Shown here piece after piece: positions 21,961-29,012 of a stretch of 29,012 nt of DNA. The notes under the pieces were generated by a model. That model saw nothing but the letters and a program-made list of their open reading frames with translations, ran no database searches and was not told the origin of the DNA. The position numbers were made by a program, and so were the translations under genes. Source of the DNA: Chiloscyllium plagiosum (taxonomy: Eukaryota); contig NC_057720.1 of the NCBI RefSeq assembly GCF_004010195.1, positions 24,826,901 through 24,855,912 on the forward strand. The letters run 5' to 3'. Within the stretch, counting starts at the first letter, position 1, and each line of letters starts with the position of its first letter.

Positions 21961-23159
21961 CTTAACCTAATTTACACTTAACCTAATTTTTCTGAATTAA
22001 CTCCTTTACCGAGGGTAAACTGTTTCATTCGTCTAGCTTTAACCAGGACCTCTGTAAATCGACCAACAAAACCTTCCAAGCTGTTTATTTTTCTGCTAAG
22101 CAAAGTAAAACCCTGATCCTTCTGAACAGAAAACAAGGTAGTGCCTCTCAATGTTTACTCTGTCCACTCATAAAACTTTACCAATGCAAACAAATCTCCA
22201 TTATCATCTCAGGGTTCCTTTTATCATTCTGATTTTTTTAAAAGTTCTGACTCCAAAATTCTGACAATCATTAAACTCCTTCTGAACACAAGCCAGAATC
22301 TAAAATAAATTCTAACATATATAAAGTATACAACTTACGCCAATGATATTATTCATTCTGTGTAAAGATGTTACATTGAATTTAGGAAAATGGAAGTTTT
22401 TATACATTAGAACTTCTTTTCCTTGTTTCCTCTCTAATAGAAATTTCCTTTATGTTGCAATTTTTGAAGGGTGTCTCAAGCTGTACCAATAAGCGGATTC
22501 TACTGTGTAACTGATTATCCCTGTAACTGGCGTCATGATGGTGGTGCTGCATTGTATGTAGGGTGCACAGTTATAGACAACACAGATGATCCATTGTATA
22601 CTTTAAAATCATTGTACATTGTGTTTCCCTGATATGCATTGTGAACACTATGATAATTCAACACTTGAAATAGAAAAACAGATTTTTAACAATCTGTTAT
22701 TTGCAGGGTTATTCATAATCTAATATCCTCAATTCCTTAAAATATTAACCATGTAAAACTATTCTATCTCTAGCAGTGCAGCTAGATTGATAGTTATACA
22801 TTGATTTTTTTTTCTGAAATAGGGCCTACATTGTTGCACACAAAACATAAAAATGAGGTTAATATTTTTCTCAATAAAATATGGCTCTTTTTGTAGACTA
22901 GATTTGATCTCGCATGATCTCTAAGCAATGCAAAAGGGTTCTCGGTGCACTCATCTTTGATGTCATCCATTGGATTTGTGGGACAGTCCAACAGCAGTGT
23001 CTTCTTCCAAATCTACATGTTCAGTGTTGAGGTGCTAATCATTCAAATCCACCTTCAGTCAGTAGGTGATATTATTTGTACTCCTGACACCAGACTCCCA
23101 AACCAATTACACTTCATGGAACTTAACAGTGGCAGGCGATACAGCAATTACAATGTCAA

Positions 23160-23250
23160 AGAATCAAAGAAACTGTTGGAGAAACTCAGGAGGTCCAGCA
23201 GCATCTGTGGAAAGAGAAACAGAGTTAATGCTTTGACTCTTCATTCAGAA
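23160..23250 (-). mobile_element. Degenerate PLE terminal module
   Basis: tgttggagaaactcaggaggtccagcagcatctgtgga resembles the ctggaaaagcacagcaggtcaggcagcatc module; hammerhead core decayed. Confidence 0.55.
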
Positions 23251-23994
23251 TAATGTCAGATTAGTACAGTTGGGAGTGCTTTTGCCTCTTGATCATCGAC
23301 TTTGTGGTCAAGTTCACACTCAGAATTTGAACTTCCACAAGAGTTCTCCCAAGTGACCACTGTAACTTCAGCAAAAGAATTGTGGAAATACTGGAGACAC
23401 AGTATAAATGCACTATCATGTCTATATCCACTTCAGTCTCAGGTATTCAAGTTTCCTTCTGTAACGTCCTTCACTTCAGACCCTCCTTAAAACATGACCT
23501 CATGAACCAAACTTTACTCATCCCTCTTAATATTGTCTTATTTAGTTCAGCATCAATGTTTTGTGTCCACTTCCATGAAGCATTTTCGGATAACTTTCTA
23601 TATTAAGGTTGGTATATAAGTGGAAGTTAATGTTGCCTTTAAAACATAAGTGTATTGAACAAAGAGATGATTGTTATTTCTTTACCTTGTACTGTTTACC
23701 ATCAACTAAGTATTCAATGTCATCCCTGTAATGTCATCTCTATATAAAGCAGAGACAAAATATTATAGAAATCAGGCATTCCGAAATAAAAATCATGACC
23801 TGTTTTGTTTTAAAACATATAACAAAAGGATTGACAGTGGTTTGTCACCTCATTTGTGGCACATTTAATTCAGATCAAATGTAGTTCCAGACTTTACCTA
23901 TAGCTATAAAAACAGAGTTAAACTATGGTGCTCAGATATCTTCGATCTCCATTCCAAATTCCCCCTATTTAGTTTTCTTCCTGCTTTTAGTCAT

Positions 23995-24095
23995 TAGGCA
24001 TTGATACAGTATGCTGTCTATGTCTGCCTTCATCAAGAGGATGTTCCCAAAGTATGGAAATTGTTCCACATTTTCCAGAAACTTCTCATTGGCCT
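23995..24095 (-). mobile_element. RTE-clade LINE RT fragment
   Basis: The reverse complement encodes FLENVEQFPYFGNILLMKADID, matching the RTE LENV..F.YLGS.L...ADID motif. Confidence 0.55.
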
Positions 24096-24184
24096 TAACT
24101 AATTGGTGAATGTGTGTTCTGGAAGAGAGTATTTGAGGCGTGGGATCTCAAATTCAAGACTAACATCATGGTTTCCTGGGCAGC

Positions 24185-24280
24185 AATACTGGGCAGAAGG
24201 GTTACATCTGAAATGTTGACTTCTCCACCTCCTGATGCTGCCTGGCTTACTGTGATCTTCCAGCATTCTGCTTGTCTATA
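24185..24280 (+). mobile_element. Degenerate PLE terminal module
   Basis: gaagggttacatctgaaatgttgact...tgatgctgcctggcttactgtgatcttccagc is a diverged copy of the same module. Confidence 0.6.
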
Positions 24281-25074
24281 TTGCATTATTTTTGTCTCTA
24301 ACTATAGATCAAACTATGGCCAATTAAAAGAAATGAAGGAAATAGTTGTCAGTGCTTTTTAATTTGTTACTTCTGCAGTTTCAGTCATCAGATAGCAAAT
24401 TCTGTGTATTGGCATCCCTAAGTTAATATTGCTCAGACCTTTATCCTGCCGTTAATTTGTAGATTCAGATTTTTGTTGGCCTGAGATTCTATTCTAGGAT
24501 ACATTTGCAGGCTTTGCAATATAGACACAGCAAACCAGGTGTCAGTCACCCACCACAGGAACTGCAGATGTCTAAAGATCAAAGATAAAACCATTTTTTT
24601 GTAAATAAAGACTTACTGAAGACATCAAGACTGAGGAAAAATCAGGTCTGTAATACGACAAGGTGATCTCACTGACATAATAATGCCACTGATAGTGTTC
24701 CATCCCAACAATATAAACTGCTATCATTACAGAAAGCCATATACGTACATAGACATGGAACTGAAATGAGCATCCTTCATCATTTAATCATTTGGACTCT
24801 TGGGCTTAGATGAATACCATGATTGATGATATGGTGAAAAGAAATGATCACATTTTGCTGTCATGTCCCATGACAATTAATCTTAATTCTGACTGGGACA
24901 CTCAACAAAATGGTTAATCTTCAAAAATCGGCTCCTCCCTCGATAAAAACTGTTATTTGTTGAAATGACAAACTTGTTTTTGTTTTGGAACTTAGCTACA
25001 CCGCCAAGTGTTTAAAATTGCCATGGATTCTGCTCAAAAGCTGTTTCTCATAATTAAAGGAAGGGTCTTAGATC

Positions 25075-25340
25075 CAAACATTGACAGACCAGGGGATATA
25101 GATATAAGGTCCAAGGCTATAGATACAAATGTAATAGGGAATTCGGAAGAAAATAGTTTTTGTGATTAGAATGTAGGGCACGCTTTTACCGGGCGTAAAT
25201 ATGGCAAATAGCATAAGTGTATGTAAGGGGAAGTCAGATCGGTAGGTTAAGGAGAAAGCAACAGAGTGATATGTTGAAAGGATTTGGTGAATAAGGTGGA
25301 AGAAGGCTGGTGTGGAGCAGTTGGATTGAATGCCCTCTCA
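25075..25340 (+). mobile_element. Old CR1 3' fragment
   Basis: Weak colinearity with CR1 3' ends (agaccaggggatatagatataaggt...ggaagaaggctggtgtggagcag...ggattgaatgccct). Confidence 0.45.
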
Positions 25341-25944
25341 ATTTGGAGAGAGTAGTAACTATTCAGATTGAGTGACCTTACATCAGAACCCAAGAAAGAC
25401 AAAATTGCAAGATTTTAAACCAGTAGATGGAGTGAGTGGATAAGCCGAACAAAATGGGCACAGCAATGAGACACAAATGCTCGTGTAAAAAATGATTTGT
25501 GTAAGCAAAGACAAAGAAAAAGAAAAGATGAGGCCTAACCCAATAAAATAAAAATGAGAAGAGCATACTAAACCCTCCTGTCTACAAAACCTGCTAGTGT
25601 TCTAGGGAAGCAAGTTTGGGAAATAGCATCTCATCTTACAAGACTGCACTTGACAAACTTCTGGACTCAACATTGAATGCAACAACTTTAGATCATGTTA
25701 CAGTCACAAACGTGTTCTGTGATGTGCTTTATCTTTCTTTTTTGCACATTATGGAAAATTTAATGGTTTCATCTACACTGCCCGACACTCTTATCACAGA
25801 TTCCTTTGTATTTCATGCTACCTCCTTTCTTCCATTGCCCTAAAGAGACTTACATTTCTATCTTTCTACAGGTCTGCTGAAATGTCACTCAACCTTAAAC
25901 ATCAACTCAGGGCTGAAACTTCCCCTTCATGGTACAACAGGAGT

Positions 25945-26382
25945 GATATCATAGCTATTATAGAAATTTTGCGGAGGGAAGGACAGGAATGGCAGCTTAG
26001 TGTCTGGGTTTTAGATGCTATAGGAAGGACTGAAAAGGAGGCAAGAGGAAGAGGTGGGGAATGGTGCTGATGTAACTACGGAAGCTAGACTGTTCTACGT
26101 AGCCGATAAATAGACAGTCATAGCTGGGGCCATGGCTATCCCTTTCGTCTGGAATTAGAGAGGATACTTCTGAGGGATTGTCCAGCGACACTATGTCGGC
26201 AGAAATTAGAAATAAGAAAGGGATGATCACCTTGTTGGGACCGTACTATAGGGCCCCCAATACTCAGAGGGAAATTGAGGAGTAAATATGTAGAGAGAAT
26301 TTGATGTATGTAAGAATAATGGGGTTGTAATAGTGGAGAATTTTAATTTTCCAAAAGTTGACTGGACTGCCATAATGTTAAG
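25945..26382 (+). mobile_element. CR1 APE endonuclease fragment, 5' half of a split element
   Basis: DIIAIIE..REGQEWQL, RCYRKD, AEIRNKKGMITLLGPYYRAP and VVIVENFNFPKVD motifs. Confidence 0.8.
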
Positions 26383-26481
26383 CGAAAGTGAGGACTGAAG
26401 ATGCTGGAGATCAAGAGTCTCAATTAGAGAGGTGCTGGAAAAGTACAGCAGGTCAGGCAGCATTCGAGGAGCAGCAAAATC

Positions 26482-26513
26482 GATGTTTCGGGCAGGAGCC
26501 CTTCATCAGGAAT
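26482..26513 (-). ncRNA. Putative minimal type I hammerhead ribozyme (best-preserved copy)
   Basis: auuc-CUGAUGA-A-GGGC-UCCU-GCCC-GAAAC-AUC-gauu: intact conserved core and perfect 4-bp stem II. PLE termini are known to carry such minimal hammerheads. Confidence 0.6.
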
Positions 26514-27480
26514 TAATCCGGGAGACGTTGATGCCCTGGGGTTGAAGTGTTCCTCCTCCAAGCGTTGGGTGGTGAGGGACTGGTGGTGGAGGGGGCCCAG
26601 GACCTGCATGACCTCAGCAGAATGGAAGGGGGAGTTGAAATGTTCGGCCACGGTGCGACGGGGTTGATTGGTGCAAGTGTCCCGGAGATGTTCCCTGAAG
26701 CGCTCTGTGAGAAGACGTCCTGTCTCCCCAATGTAAAGGAGACCACATCAGGAGCAACAAATACAATAAATGACATTTGTGGAAGTGCAAGTGAAACTTT
26801 GGTGGATGTGGATGGTTCCTTTGGGGCCTTGGATGGAGGTGAGGGGGGAGGTGTGGGCACAGATTTTGCAATTCCTACAGTGGCAGGGAAAGGTACCAGG
26901 AGGGGAGGGCGGGTTGTTTGGGGAGTATGGACCTGACCAGGTAGTCACGGAGGGAATGGTCTTTGCGGAATGTGGAGGGAAATACATCCCTGGTGGTGGG
27001 GTCCGTTTGTCGGTGGCAGAAATGTCAGCGGATGATGTGGTTTATGAGGAGGTTGGTGGGATGGAAGGTGAGGACCAGGAGGGTTCTGACTTTGTTGCGG
27101 ATCAAGGTGTGGGGTTTGAGGGCGGAGATGCGAGACGTGAATGAGATGTGTTGGAGGGTATCTTCAACCATGTGGGAGGGAAAATTATGGTCTTTAAAGA
27201 AAGAGGCCATCTGGTATGTTCTGTGGTGGAACTGGCCCTCTGGGAGCAGATATGACGGAGGCAGAGGAATTGGGAATACGGGATAGCATTTCTGCAGGAG
27301 GTAGGATGGAAAGAGGTGTAATCCAGGTAGCTGGGGAAGTCGGTGGGTTGGTAAAAAATGTCAGTGTTGAGTCGGTCATCGATGATGGAAATGGAGAGAT
27401 TCAGGAAGGGGAGGGAGGTGTCAGAGATGGTCCAGGNNNNNNNNNNNNNNNNNNNNNNNNNNNNNNNNNNNNNNNNNNNN

Positions 27481-27652
27481 GTGAGTGGGCAGATGCATTG
27501 CAGAAGAGGTTTAATGTGGATAAATGTATGGTTATCCACTTTGGTGGCAAGAACAGGAAGGCAGACTACTACCTCAATGGAATCAATTTATGTAAAGGGG
27601 CAGTACAGAGAGATCTGGGTGTTCTTGTACACCAGTCAATGAAGGCAAGCAT
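27481..27652 (+). mobile_element. CR1 RT fragment next to the gap
   Basis: EWADALQKRFNVDKCMVIHFGGKNRKADYYLNG...QRDLGVLVHQSMK. Confidence 0.8.
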
Positions 27653-28252
27653 GCACCTTTACCCCCACCTCCATCCACTCTCATTCGTTTGGCTGAACTG
27701 GTCCTCACCTTTAACAATTTCTCCTTTAAATCATCCGTAGTTACATCAGCACCATTCCCCACCTCTTCCTCTGCTACATTGATGACTGCATTGGCATCAC
27801 CTCGTGCTCCCGCGAGGAGGTTGAGCAGTTCATCAACTTCACCAAAACATTCCACCCTGACCTTAAATACACCTCGACCATCTCTGACACCTCCCTCCCC
27901 TTCCTGAATCTCTCCATTTCCATCATCGATGACCGACTCAACACATTTTTTACAAACCCACCGACTCCCCCAGCTACCTGGAAGTGGGATGATTTAAAGG
28001 AGAAATTGTTAAAGGTGAGGACCAGTTCAGCCAAACGAATGAGAGTGTCAGTGGAAGTTGGGGGACGTGGGGAGAGGAAGAAACGGAAGGCTTCGAGGCT
28101 CTGGTCATGGTGGATGGAGATGTAAAGGGTTGGATGTCTATGGTGAAGATGAGGCGTTGGGGGCGGGGGGAAACGGAAGTCTTGGAGGAGGTGGAGAGTG
28201 TGGGTGGTATCTTGAATGTATGTGGGGAGTTCCTGGACTGGGGGGATAGGTA

Positions 28253-28588
28253 GGCATGGATTGTGAGGCATTTGTTAAGTGTGCTCACGAAAATTTTCTT
28301 TGTCAATATGTAAAATATACCTAGGAGAGAAGGAACAAAACTTGACCTTCTCTTGGGAAATTCAGCAGGACAAGTGACTTAAGTGTGAGTAGGGGAACAC
28401 TTTGGGACTAGTGGTCATAACATTATTAGTTTCACGATAGTTATGGAAGAAGATAAGGCTTCCATGAAAGTTCTTATCTGGAGTAATTTTAATGATATCA
28501 GACAAAAACTTTCAAAAGTTGATTGGAATAGACTGTTTGCAAATAAAGGGATGAATGACACGTGAGAGGCTTTCAAAAGTGTGATAAC
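28253..28588 (+). mobile_element. CR1 APE fragment, 3' half continuing 25945-26382
   Basis: GMDCEAFVKCAHENFL..., KLDLLLGN.AGQV, VGEHFGTSGHN continue directly from the NFPKVD region that ends at 26382. Confidence 0.8.
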
Positions 28589-29012
28589 AATAGACAATAG
28601 ACAATAGACAATAGGTGCAGGAGTAGGCCATTCAGCCCTTCGAGCCTGCACCGCCATTCAATATGATCATGGCTGATCATTCCTAATCAGTATCCTCTTC
28701 CTGCCTTATCTCCATAACCTTTGATTCCACTATCTTTGGGAGCTCTATCCAACTCTTTCTTAAATGAATCCAGAGACTGGGCCTCCACTGCCCTCTGGGG
28801 CAGAGCATTCCACACAGCCACCACTCTCTGGGTGAAGAAGTTTCTCCTCATCTCTGTCCTAAATGGTCTACCCCGTATTTTTAAGCTGTGTCCTCTGGTT
28901 CAGCACTCACCCATCAGCAGAAACATGTTTCCTGCCTCCAGAGTGTCCAATCCTTTAATAATCAGATCCCTTCTCAGCCTTCTAAACTCAAGGGTATACA
29001 AGCCAAGTCGCT
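28587..29012 (-). mobile_element. Young-looking CR1 3' end (antisense), running off the window
   Basis: (acaatag)n tail at 28587-28614; the reverse complement encodes RNFFTQRVVAVWNALPQRAVEA. Confidence 0.88.

Larger units (their letters stand above)
26383..28250 (-). mobile_element. Penelope-like element (RT, GIY-YIG, hammerhead terminus), internally rearranged and spanning a gap
   Basis: RT: IRLAELVLTFNNFSF, YIDDCIG (inverted segment, ~27775-27796), LPFLNLSISI, DIFYQPTD..SYLDYTSFHP. Zn-finger region GTFPCHCRNCKIC..FTCTSTNVIYCICC, then YIGETGR. Core CTGATGA-A-GGGC-tcct-GCCC-GAAAC at 26485-26509. Confidence 0.85.

Noticed and set aside
21378..22335. Possible solo LTR starting TGTTATGAC, interrupted by a PLE
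   Set aside because: Could not define a 3' end, terminal inverted repeat or TSD.
22441..22562. Strong acceptor followed by a hydrophobic stretch (LIIPVTGVMMVVLHCM), a possible transmembrane exon
   Set aside because: Needs frameshifts and is bounded by stops; no frame-compatible open exon.
25872..25931. Polypyrimidine acceptor and short open frame (GLLKCHSTLNINSGLKLPLH)
   Set aside because: No receptor motif, weak donor, and it merges into a CR1 APE fragment.
1..29012. CRISPR-like array, tRNA or rRNA genes
   Set aside because: Repeats are dispersed, diverged retroelement copies. The A/B boxes belong to SINE heads, not complete tRNA cloverleaves.

Overview
This window is eukaryotic, repeat-rich, intron-dominated DNA from a cartilaginous fish (inferred from the shark-type V-SINE/HE1-like SINEs and HER1/CR1 LINEs). 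It has three assembly gaps: 7759-7800, 13520-14019 and 27437-27480. The ORF track misses the only convincing host gene. Four + strand exons (1522-1700, 4071-4228, 6248-6407, 6677-6785) splice in frame with canonical AG/GT sites. They encode part of a type I cytokine receptor with two cytokine-receptor modules, best matching MPL (thrombopoietin receptor) exons 3-6, including a WSAWS motif. I found no intact downstream MPL exons in the remaining 22 kb, only a stop-riddled exon-7-like segment at 16281-16474. The rest is transposon debris: CR1, L2, RTE and Rex-like LINE fragments, SINEs, a Gmr1-like Gypsy element (gag-PR-IN order), a second Gypsy integrase remnant split by a solo LTR, and many Penelope-like elements. 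Their ~100-bp terminal modules carry hammerhead-ribozyme cores, and two copies are stand-alone insertions with 12-13 bp target-site duplications. I found no prokaryotic-type system (CRISPR, operon, rRNA, tRNA). All homology calls come from motif recognition and recalled reference sequences, not database searches.
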